A stretch of DNA of 64,000 nucleotides from Pecten maximus (taxonomy: Eukaryota), in NCBI RefSeq assembly GCF_902652985.1, contig NC_047020.1, positions 9,982,001 through 10,046,000 on the forward strand. Direction: 5' to 3'. Under the pieces are notes generated by a model. The model did not search any database. It was not told where the DNA came from and worked only from the letters and a program-made list of their open reading frames with translations. Positions within the stretch are counted from its first letter, which is position 1, and every line of letters begins with the position of its first letter. Below, in pieces: positions 27,047-38,971 of the stretch. The position numbers were made by a program, and so were the translations under genes.

Positions 27047-30000
27047 TATTGAAACATAATAATCATTACAATCAGAATATAATTGAAAAGCTCATCATTC
27101 AAACGACTTTTACAACAAGATATATGGCAATTTACATCCATAGATGAGAATTCAACATAATTACGCTGATTGACACTTATAACCATAAGTATTGTGTTAT
27201 AACCATGCTATGTTTGTTATACTCTGTAATAAATCATCTGTCATACGTAGCATATAACCTGTAGTGAACAGTTGTCTAAATTTCCTTGGATGGTTGGAGT
27301 CGTATCCGCAGTTTATCTGGCGAATACAATTTCCCAGTGTATTAAGATTTTCGCGACCACGCCCGCGAAATGGCGAAAATATTATCCCCGCGAACATAAC
27401 CCGATAGAGGGTGATAACTCACAATAAAACGTTTTTAAATACTCACTTTTCGGGATTATTAAACAGGTGATTTCGCAAATGTAGGAACTTATATCCTTCA
27501 ACATTTGACGATGGAATCAAACCATAACCTAACGATTTGCATCCATGGAACGCATTCATCCACGTGGCGTTTGTGTTCACGACAGTGAAGTTAATGACAT
27601 TTTTGTAACCGTAATATCCTGAAATGACAGATGATTGTTATTAGATTTCAAGTATGCTTCGAAACAAGGAGGATTATTTCATTACTCTTTAAAAGAACCA
27701 TGTTGTAGTTTCAGAGAACAAACCACAAATTGGCGAAATGTGGAAAACAAAGTAAAGAAATTACACGCACACAATCAGCTAGAATGTATTTATCTGAAGG
27801 TTTTCTTATCAAAGAAATCTTCCAGTTGTTTAGTTTTCTTTTTATCAAGCAAATATGGGACTACAGGTAAAATTACGTTATCGAATACATTGCTTTCCTA
27901 TCGTCCGTAATTATATATCACCTGTTACATTCATTCCCGCTACGGTGGCCACCCGGGATACCGTGAACAGAGTATCTGTAAAGACATGTTCCGTATATTC
28001 CAGTGTTTCTTTTATAAAAAATTAAGTTTTAAGGTATTAAAACAATATCTAATTTATTATGACCATAGTGTGTGATTTGGTTTTTATTTTTCAGTATAAA
28101 AGACATCTGGCCAATGCAATTCTTGGCAATTCGTTATCATTGAATGCCTCTAATTAAATGATAGAGTGATGGTGGTAGTGTTATGAACAAGTACAAAAGA
28201 TGAATACAATTCAATTGAATCGAAAATAACATTAAAAGTGATAAACGTTATGTCGAACCTAATATATAGATGGTTGTAAGTTTTAAGGTCCATGATAACA
28301 TCCCTTCAATCTTTCTCCTACTTGTCTTGCGCTGCAATAAACAACAAGATGTATATACTGCCTGTAGGAAATGGCATCAATAAAACAAGGCAAATAAACC
28401 ACTTATTATTGTGAGATACAATAATTAAATATGTGAAGCCTTTACATGAAAAGAAATTAATCATAATCTATCTATATACAGTTATGGAACAAATATATAA
28501 CACTTTGTAATTGTCATTTGTAGTGACTCAAATCGGCACACACAGGGAGAGTGGGATGCAACTGAAGCACTTAAAGAAAACAAACACTGTCGGTCAGAAA
28601 ATCCTATTCTTTTCCGTGCAAGGTCAGGAAATCGAATCCCACTCTCTTTATAAGAACAATCACCAAAACCTCCATTGCGATGTCCAATGGTTGAAAGGAA
28701 AGACCTGTGTGTTTGGCATGGTAAATGGGTCAATACTTACTGTTGGTCGAAAATGAATATCAAGCAAACACTTCCAATACACTAGGAACAAACGTCCCTA
28801 ATTATCCTCTGATGTCAGTTAGTGGAGGACAGTTTGGTTCAAGAACAATATGTAGACAGATACAAACACTTTTGTGATACGTACATTATCATCAGGGAAA
28901 CTGGTAAATGACTCAGATCCTGTCGGCAACGTTCTGTTTATTCTCTCATTTGTAGTTCATTATAGCCATCACGTTTGATTTCTAATAACTTGGCATACAA
29001 AACCTACAATTATTAAGAGTTGATCTTTTATGTTATATCGGGTTTTTAATGTAGATATTTGTTAGCATATGATTTTAACTGCGCTATCCCTATTGTTGTG
29101 TAAGAACAAAGAACGAGTGTATTGTCTGGTATAGACCGAAATATCATTAACCGTCGGTATCTATTGATTTACTGAACTTACCAATCCATACACATTTCTG
29201 CTTGAATAATATAACTAACTTGCTCAGAGCGGTGTTGTTAACAAACAATTTATCAACCATTAGCTATAATATTTCACTGAATGATGGATATACTAACATG
29301 TATATGTTTTGATATGAAGATATGCAACTTATACGGTGTATATTCCAAAATGTACAATACAATTAAATATCGGTTTTCTGAACTCGATAATTCAAAGACC
29401 CTGTTAAACTCGAAATAAAAATTCCGTCCCTACATTTATAATTGCAAAGAAAATATTTTCTCTCAACTAAAATACTCTGGCTATCCATACTGAATATTAA
29501 TTTTAATACCGTGCAAATATATCTACTATTTGAAGTCGTTGATGGATATGCGTTTGTTTTGAAAGAAAGATGAAGAAAACATGAAAGTGGAAATAAGTCT
29601 ACAACAAAAGTAAACACACATAGACAGATATGACCTAAGTATGGGGTAACAAAAGGAGCATTGCGTGTACCAACATTGTCTCTTCTCAAAGACAAGGTGA
29701 ACAGCTAAACAACAACCATCTGTAGGCAAAACAAGGTTTTCATAAATGAAAGTGTGTCCCTTCCCAGATGCTATGTAGGACCCAGTTATACAGTGACCTT
29801 GACCTTAAACACACCACGAGTCTTACTAATCATAAACTGTATCAAGGCGCCGGTTTACTAGCATTGATGTCGCAGAACTGATTGTATGTATTTCATACAG
29901 TTTAAAGGTCTTGCTGCTGGTTTCAAGATATTCTGTGTTTGTATTATACTATGTAAATACCAATGGATAATAACAGTAATATAACATCTGGTTATCTGTT

Positions 30001-31176
30001 TCATGATAGTCTATATCAGTAAATATTTGGACCATTCACATGATGTTTGATGTTAATATCTAAACGAGATACACACAGTAAGTGTCAATTATTAGCGACA
30101 ATTTGAAACCGGTCTCAGACAGATGATTGGAAATCAATATATAGCAACTGGAATGAATGCAGCTTTGCTGTAGAATATTTCACTTTAGGTTTTGAAATTA
30201 TATGATAAAGATCAAAGTAGAGTAACATTAACTGAACAGCATTGAATGATGAACGTTTCATTCAGAGTGCACATCGGTGATTGGTCTAGCTACAGATAGA
30301 TGTGGACCAAGTTATGACCTAATTCAATTCTTCGATAGAACAAAAATGTAACAAGAGCGATTATGGTACAGATTCCGTTTGATCGCTTCGGCCCATTAAC
30401 TGAACCGATCATGCTGACAGTCTATATGGAATTATAATTACGCAATGCTTTACTATACCGTTATCATAAAACACGAATAATCAATATGATATGCTGTTTA
30501 TGAAACATTTTATGAATTGTTTACTCATCCCACGCGAACAAAAAACAATTTAATGTATATTGATGATTGGGCCACACATCATCGTACCACCAATTAGTTG
30601 TCATGTGATCGAGAGTAAACAGCAATCCATCAGCCAGTCATGGAATTGTATTCAATTAACAAGGGGAAATTTAAGGCATAACTATGAATACAAACTTAAA
30701 GTTTTTAAAACGTCTATTGATTCGATTATTGATCTACATCTGTCAGGGCAAAGATTTACTTGCTTGGTGAGTTTTGGAATTCAATTTCGCTTTACATAGC
30801 TTTGAAGGTGACATGTGCAATTGGACAACTGAAGGCGTGGAGGTGAGAGCTTTGGTTAAAATATGTTCGAAACATCAATATCAAAAGATTTATTTGTAAG
30901 TTCTTTGTATCATATTCAAATTCATATATATCACGCACAATTTCATGATAAAAAATAGTTTAGAACCATCCAAGAAAAGGGATCCGTTTTGAGAAGTCTG
31001 CCAGTACAGTGTTTAAAAAGGCTGTTTTATCAAATGTTCTTACATTCTTATGTAACGTGTTTGGACCTTTGGGGAATCCTTTCAGCTATGTGCAATATGT
31101 AACACTGATATGTGCACTCACTTTTTTTGTGGAACTCGGCTATAATATCTCCAGAACGCATCTCAAGTTGATATTA

Positions 31177-34100
31177 ATGAATGACGATATGGATTTACTT
31201 TACCGTCTTCTACTCTTGGATTTTACAGGTGAGTAATTACATCTTTGGTATATGTTTATCGTGTGCATCGCTTCACCAGAAAACCCATAATTATCGAGTG
31301 ATAGCCGATGATATATTGTTAAGGAACAGCAAGATTTCCGTTTTGCCAATGTTATTTTGTAAGTTTTCATTACAACAACAAAAAAGCACGGAAAATTAAG
31401 TGTATGCGCGGATGTTTTGAAATCTCGCTAAAAAAAGTCCTGAAATTGTCGCTAATTCCGAGGATGATTAAGCATCAACTATTGTGTAAACACGTGTAGA
31501 TACTCTTTCAAAGAAGAAATACATGTACCATGTCATTAAATACGTTTTGTATCAATTAAAAAGATATAACTGGTCACTAAACAAGAATTTGTATTACAAT
31601 ACATATTACAGTCATCCTTCAAGTTCACACAGCATGTTGGACTACGTTGACATATAGTTGCATTATACTTTTGTTTTATATTTCACAGCAATTCTTGTGA
31701 CAGCGAATCCTATGATGTTTAATGCAACGCTAAGCGTAATAGGTATGTGATATTAAGTTCACCCATTAGCTTATGTTATAACAAAACATTGCCATTGAAT
31801 GAACATTGAAAATAGTTTTGGGGTTAAGTTTTGTATCCATTACTAGAAATAAAGTATGAATTAGTGCCTAACAATCTTGATCAGACACAAATGATAATGC
31901 AAGGTTAACAGTCATCAGTAGTTTATAATATTAAGTTTTATATTCAAAATAATATCACAATGTAACGCCATGAATAGTTGGTAACTATGTAAATGTTTTC
32001 TTTTATTCATTTATAGAATTTAAAGAGAAACATCGTATATGTCAGATTATTAAAGGTTATTTACAATGTGATAATGAAAACATAAAAAAAAAAAGTTTTG
32101 CATTGCATTCAGTTATTGATTAATCATATTATTGCTAAATTTGACGTATGTTTCAACTTTATTTACCTTAAAGGTTATTTCGGGTCACAAAACTGGCAAA
32201 ATATGGTAGTAGGTAACGCTAATGCGTCATGGATAGATGCGTTCGAAGAGTGTAGATCACTTGGTTACTCCATCGCGACAGCATCATCTACCGGAAATAA
32301 GTTCCTACATCTCCGCAACTTCCTATTCCTTCATCACCCAGAGTAGGTATAATATTGGAGGAAAGCTGGTCAATTAAAACATAATAATCTGTATACTCGA
32401 TATTTGATTTTCCTGAAATGCCACTTCATCAGGCTGCTGTACTAGAATAACATTACTTACGTTTTTTGTTTTTTTTTTTTTTTTTTATTTAAGTTTTTTG
32501 GGGATTTATTGTTGACTTATTTGATTATATTTGTTATGGAATTTTAAAGGATATTGGGTTTTCTTACAGAAAAATCTCCAATAAAACATACGTAAATCAC
32601 ATTATTTATTCCTGTAATTTAGGAAATATTGGTTACATTTCTTCCCTTTAATATACACTATAATACTGCATCTGGTTTGCATAACAGACTGGTTTATTAG
32701 ACCAGTATGGTATCTCAACGCATATATGCAAATGTGATGAAATATTGTTTCATTTTGATTAATTATGCTTTGTAATGAGAGTTACAGTCTTATATTCTCA
32801 GTTATACCGCAATGATTATATATTTGCGTTCATATTGTACAGATTTATAAACGTGCCACTATGGACTGGAATGTTGAAACCTAACCTAGACGACGCATGG
32901 TATCTTCGGGATCAGTGTGACAAAACAGTGAACGAAAATGTAAAAAATACTTATGTAAACAATACCGTTGGTGACAGACAATGTCTGCTAATCAATATGT
33001 CAGTGAATGCAGTGAGGATGGCGTACACCTGGTATGCTTCGTCCTGTTTCGAGCACCATCCGTTCATTTGTGAACAAACTATCGGTAAGTCAGCTCCAAA
33101 TACTTGATGGAATTCAGCATACGTGCATTAATATACAAAATATCGTATTTAAAATGTATATTAATCTCGAAGCTAAAATAGCTATACTTTGGATGAATTC
33201 ATCCTCTCGGGCAAAAACATAAGCATTATCAAACAAACCACTATCAGTCTGTTTTGTGATAGACGTTTGAACGGGGTACAAAGTGTTTTTACGAATGATT
33301 TTGCGAACGTACAAAAATTCCCAACTAACGATTCAGCTAACTCATTATAGTACATGGCTTTAAGTTTTTGTCATATACGAATTATTGCAAGAGCATTAAA
33401 CATTTCAGTTAAGAAAGTGAGCGGTAAGTTCTATAAATATTATGACATTATATTTATGACGCTTTAGCACTCTTTCTATAATATGTATTTCACATACAAA
33501 TATATAAATCTGTATAATTATACTGTAAACTACCATATTTTTACGTCACGATGCACGTGAATGAGATTACATTGAGGGAGAATGTTTATATATGGATTGT
33601 ACAAAAGACAAACTAGATATTAGCTCCTTTCAAAACATACATCAGAGCCACAACGAAATAAACTGTTTCGTAAAGCTGTTTCGTGCTTATACATAATGTA
33701 GGAACCGACTCGTCAGTGGTGCTACTAGCCTAGCGTTGTCATAGAAGGAGACCAAAAACTAATTTAGACAAAATAGATGTCATCATTTGAATTGGGCGGA
33801 GAAAAAGATCAATAATTCATTAAATGTTATAACTATAGATGTTGGATTCCAAAAGAGTGTTTAATATATTTGTATATCTATCAGGGAGCAGACCTGTGGA
33901 TTCATATGAAGACATGCAGCTACAACATATTGACAGTGACACATCCGTGACTATATCGTCAAATACGACGGTTGAAGACTGCAAGAGAAAACTGGAAGTG
34001 GTTTCAAATGTATTTACTGCTGAATATAATTCCACTTCTAAACAGTGTACCTCATATACTAGATATGCTATCGACCTACCGATTGAAGTTAATTTGACCG

Positions 34101-37100
34101 TCTTCAGTGAGGATAACACCACTATCTCGTTTGTGAAGAGCGCGGAAAATATCGGTAGGTTTGCTAACTGCGCCCTTGTACACTTAAAGGTTTATCATTA
34201 TTATTATTATCATCTTGACGATTCAATAAAATATATACATTACGTATTCTGACAGTGGTCATTGCAACGTCTGTGAAATTTATTTAATACGAACACTTTT
34301 GGTGGTTAATGAACACATTTGTTTGGGAAAATCGTGCTAATTTCAGGAGAAAACGTTTTCCTTAAAAACTGTAAAGCCGAGTTCTTATTATGTTTTCATC
34401 AAGTTGAATTCTTAAAATAAATCATACTCTAATGCAATAGGTTATCGTAGCCGATTTGTTCTTTCAAATGTAAAATAATTTCAATGAAAAATATCATGGT
34501 ATAATGTATGTCGTACGAACAATCTTTGATTCAAAACAACTACGTATAGGCCTGAGGTCGTTTGATATCGTAGATATTGGGTCAATAGGGCAATTAGTGT
34601 TATTCATACAAAAGTGAGCTTAACAACACATGTTGTAATCAACCGTGACATTGGTCACAGAAAAGTTAATGTCATATTTTTAAACGAGTTCAATTATCAT
34701 GTGATGCATTGTTGTTATTTATCCGTTGTACATTATGTATCTTTATTTTAGTTGATGTGATTCAGATGTCGAATGTTGGTTATACTGACAATTATCAAAT
34801 TACAGATTTACCATGTAAGTGTAACATACTAAGGTGGTGTACTACATATTATGTTCGTAACCATAGTACATGTTCTGATAGCCATCATCAAAATGCGAAC
34901 AATACTGAAATGTTTCTGTTGATATGTAAGCTATATTTTAAGAATCAATCATGATATCAAGGGCATATTAATTACATATAATGTAGTACTCGATATTGTA
35001 TTAGTATCGCCGTCTCGGCTTTCACCTCTTTCTTATATTTTTATGGTAAAGAATCGTTTCAATCTTCATCTGAAAACTGGCATTACATTTACTGCACCTG
35101 CACATTTATCTAAGAATGTGATACTTGTCTCAATCATTTCTTACCTGAATAGGTTACGGGTATGGTGAAACAACAGAAACAACTATTGTCCCAGATTCTA
35201 CAGGTAAATAGTGATAGAAAAAAATCAATCAATTAAAATCTGTATTGTATTTGACGCTGTCATATCTGATATGTAAATGCTGCTATGTGTGTGTACTTGA
35301 ACAGGTTATGACTACGACATTCTAACAGAAACTACAACAGCTCCTACTCCGTCTTTAGGAGGTAAGTGTATATAATGATACTTTGTATATAATAACGATT
35401 TAAAATGTATACATTGTATAATGATATTATGTATATTATATTAGTTTGGGGCGTAAATTCCTATAGAATTATAAACTGATAATCTTGTAAAGAATAAACA
35501 TATCAGAGTGAACCAGTACTATTCGAGAGATAAAGGGGGTAGTAGATACGATGAAAAACCTGGACTCCGGAATATTCCATACTGCTCTGTTCCGTTCGAT
35601 CATTCCCGAATCAATATCATCACTCTATCAATCCACTCCCTTTCCCGATTCAATTAAGCTAAGCATGATATCAAAGTCTAACTATTATTTTTACCCCACA
35701 GATTTATCATTGATCAGGGTACAAGTAAACATTCATCTTCCTTTAGAATTTCCACTTGATTTAGCATCACTTTTAGAAAGATTTCATAATAGATATGGGG
35801 AAGAATTCGCGAGTTTGAGGATACCCTTCATTGAATCAGACCTGGCAAAGCCTTTTGATTTCACTTATATATTATATACTGACGATAGGTTATCTTTAAA
35901 TAATTAATTTCTTATTGACCTTGTCGATCGGATATATTCTGTAGAACTTGAAACCAATGACACTACAGATTCCTCAACATCAGTCGCTTACCTTAATCAT
36001 TACTTTCAACGGAACCCAAAAGCGACAACGTTTCCGTAATCATTACTTTTAACGAGTAATAATGAACATTTGTCTGTTAATTTTTTTTTTTTTAAATCAA
36101 TCATGATATCAACAGTATATTTAATTCTAAAGTTGTTCTCAATATTGTGTCAATATTTCCCGTCCCGACTTTCTCTTCTTTCTTATCAGTTCTCACAGTG
36201 GTAAACATCGTTATGATTTTCAGCTGGATACTGGTATTACATTTGCTGCACTTGCACGTTATTCTGAGAATGTGATACTTGTCTCAATTCATTTCTTATT
36301 TGAACAGGTTACGACTATGGTGAATCAACAGAAATAAGCATTGATCCTTCATAGTCTACAGGTAGATAGTGAACGAAAATATCAATCAATTCATCTTTAA
36401 TTCATCTTTCAATTTTATTAAATTCTGTATTGTATTATGTTATGTGTGTGTACTTGAACAGATTATTACTACGATACTCTAACAGAAACTACAACAGATC
36501 CTACTCCTTCTTTAGGAGGTAAGTGTATATAATGATACAATGTATATGATGATGATTTATAGTATATACATTGTATAATAATATTAGATATATGAATATA
36601 ATTTTGGGCGTTAATACTTATAAAATTGTAAACCGATAATCTTGTAAAGAATTAACATCTCAGAGTGAACCAGTACTATTCGAGAGATAAAGGGAGAAGT
36701 CGATACGATGACAACCTGGCCTCCTGATATTCAATACTGGTGTATTCTTAAATTATATTCCGGTAATGTATGTGACAGATTTCAAATATAAGACGTTGAT
36801 ATGATTGTATTTATCAAATGTAACACCTTCTGCTTACCTGTACAGTTTCTAGCTTCGGTGGACCAACAGAAACCGCCATTTTTCCTACTTCATCTGCAGG
36901 TAGAATAAATTTTGCTTTTTCGTTTATGTTGTTGTTTTTTTTAAATAAATGATAAAGTCTTGTCATTAACTCATATTTTGATTTTGCTGTATGCTTATTC
37001 AAATTTAGTCGATGTTTAATGTTCACATTTACATGATTTTGCTTAAAGCCCTCGGAAATATAAGTTAAGCTAATTGATATTGACATTTAATTCATTTGGG

Positions 37101-37492
37101 TCACGGTAAATATAGAGAAAGTTTGTTTATATATATTTCCAGCTGTGACCATTGTAACGACCACTTCAACTTTGGATAGTTCCAGCTCACTGAATCAGTG
37201 GATATCTATAGCAAAGGAGGAGAACATCGTTAACGAGAAGACCCTATCGTCTTATCGCAATAAACGTGTGAGCGCTTATGACAGTCGCCCCTCCTCCCAG
37301 GCCATGGGTGTGCTGGGTGCTGTATTTATTGCTGCTGTGGTTAGTCTTATCGTCATGTCAGATTTACCAAATATAATACGAGATTTACGACGTGATTTAC
37401 ATGAGCGTAAATCTAATAAAACTAAGAGGACACTACACGACGTGTTATTTTACAAAACAAAACCTCCATGTACACGTCGATCCTCGGTGTGA
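31177..37492 (+). CDS. Paralog B: C-type-lectin-like + PAN-like + Thr-rich stalk single-pass membrane protein, ~472 aa
   Basis: Exons 31177-31228, 31689-31742, 32174-32342, 32843-33084, 33885-34154, 34752-34814, 35153-35203, 35305-35361, 36462-36518, 36846-36899, 37143-37492; all GT-AG and in phase. Motifs ASWIDAFEEC, PLWTG, RQCLLIN, WYASSCFEHHPFIC; TM GVLGAVFIAAVVSLIVMSD; ends RRSSV. Inclusion of individual stalk micro-exons is uncertain. Confidence 0.8.
35835..36005 (+). mobile_element. Degenerate Penelope-like reverse transcriptase fragment
   Basis: Translates (with a stop) as DLAKPFDFTYILYTDDRLSLNN*FLIDLVDRIYSVELETNDTTDSSTSVAYL. This resembles the recalled F.FTFRYIDDVLSLNN...IYP.ELEIKDTTD...S..YLD segment of mollusc PLE RTs. 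Confidence 0.65.
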
Positions 37493-38427
37493 TAAATATA
37501 AAGCACGGCTTAAAATAAGTGAAACCGTTATGTTTTTACCACATTGTATACTATTTTAAATTTGTACTCCAACATTACTATGAATGAAATAAATATATTT
37601 TTCAAAGTTGGATTAGTTAGTAATGTATGTATGTGTGTTTATGTATGTATATACAAACAAAAACATGTTTGTTTTGAGAAGATTGAAAAAAGTTACAAGG
37701 ATAAGAAGACAGGGTGTTCCGTAAGGGTAAGAATATTATGCTTCATCGGAACATCCGCCATATCTCACGTTTGTATGTGCTGGTAGGTCATGTTAGAAGT
37801 TAATCTAATACCAAGAGTAAGAACCGAATGATTTATTAAAGCGACAGTATTTGCCATTTTCTTTTATTAATTACTATTTATAAAAAAACTCTTAAAAAGT
37901 ATAAAAGACGGGACACGCTTTGTTTTTAGGTAGAATATTTCCTTAAACATCCCAATTTGATAGGTATATGTTCTCATCATGATATGTTGGTCTCTGTTAG
38001 AAATGGCATTTTAGTAATATACATGTTGATGTATCTCCTTAGCAGGAAGGAATTTATTCATATTATTGATGACGGCATAACCGATGGATGTTTTTACTTG
38101 CTTTATTCAACTGTTAAATTTTTACTTATAACTAGGAGAACTTGCTTTCTTTAACTTAGTCTTCAGCGTACCATGAAAATGCTAAATTCTTTATTCTTTA
38201 GCAACTTTATTAATAACTTATGCAAATTATCCCGCATGGCACATACATGAAAAGCTGCCAAATTAAATAATCTAAAAGTACTTTCTAATAGTACGTATGT
38301 GTAGTTTTGCGAGAAAAATCTTAATTTGATGAGTATACCTTTATATTCGCCAAACACTTCCAGTACAATTGCATTTTATCTGACCATTACATTACTTTTG
38401 CGATATACGAACTTCACAAATCTCTAC

Positions 38428-38690
38428 GGAGGCACGGCGTTCTAGTGGTAGGACACAGGGCTGCGTGCCCAAAGAGTCGCTAGTCCTGACACGGGCCCTT
38501 TGTCGTATCCTAGAACAAGATACTTTACTATGTTATGTTCCAGTCAACTCACCTATAAATGGGCACGTGGTAGGGCAGTTCAGGAAGTGCCATGTTTCAG
38601 CCACTAGCGCCGAAATGGCAGCTCCAGCTGTATGCTCCCCTGGCTGGTTGCTAAGGGCCCAATAACCACATATAAAAGTTTTTGAAGATT
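38428..38690 (+). mobile_element. tRNA-derived SINE with CORE-like central domain
   Basis: Head ggcacggcgttctagtggtagg (A-box-like), then gtatcctagaacaagatactttac...ccagtcaactcacctataaatggg (CORE-like) and atgctcccc. Confidence 0.55.
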
Positions 38691-38748
38691 TTTCTATCGC
38701 TATGATATAGCAGTATACTCGTATAAAACTCAAAATTATAACTATTAT

Positions 38749-38971
38749 TGTTTCCGATATTACAAATGATATTTATCACTTCCAATAGCCATACAAAGAA
38801 TATCTTAAAAAGGACTAAATTACCCATATCTTTGAACCGACGAAGGCCATGCTAATGAATTGACTTATATTATCAATATAGTGACTAATATAGAAATCAA
38901 AAGTAATTGGTTTCCGATATTCTTTGTATGGCTATTGGAAGTGATAAATATTATTTGTAATATCGGAAACA
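38749..38971. repeat. 56-bp inverted repeat (one mismatch) with 111-bp spacer; MITE/foldback-like
   Basis: tgtttccgatattacaaatgatatttatcacttccaatagccatacaaagaatatc (38749-38804) is the reverse complement of 38916-38971 apart from one base. Confidence 0.9.

Larger units (their letters stand above)
16716..28377 (-). pseudogene. Paralog A: C-type-lectin-like + PAN-like single-pass membrane protein, disabled by an in-frame stop
   Basis: Minus-strand exons: 28377-28326 (MPFPTGSIYILLFIAAQ, tentative), 27975-27922, 27618-27447 (NATWMNAFHGC), 22008-21773 (PLWLGFINPNLDG*WY...RQCLLLN...WYAASCQERHSFVC), 21093-20827 (CLERC..SSCFHMVYNSNSSTC), 18340-18278 (YNYTDLP), 17721-17632, 17041-16716 (TM, ends RRRNSI). 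Exon sizes and phases match B, C and D. TAG at 21956-21954. Confidence 0.8.

Noticed and set aside
35551-35907. 118-aa ORF as an independent gene
   Set aside because: It is a chimera of intron sequence and a decayed RT fragment.
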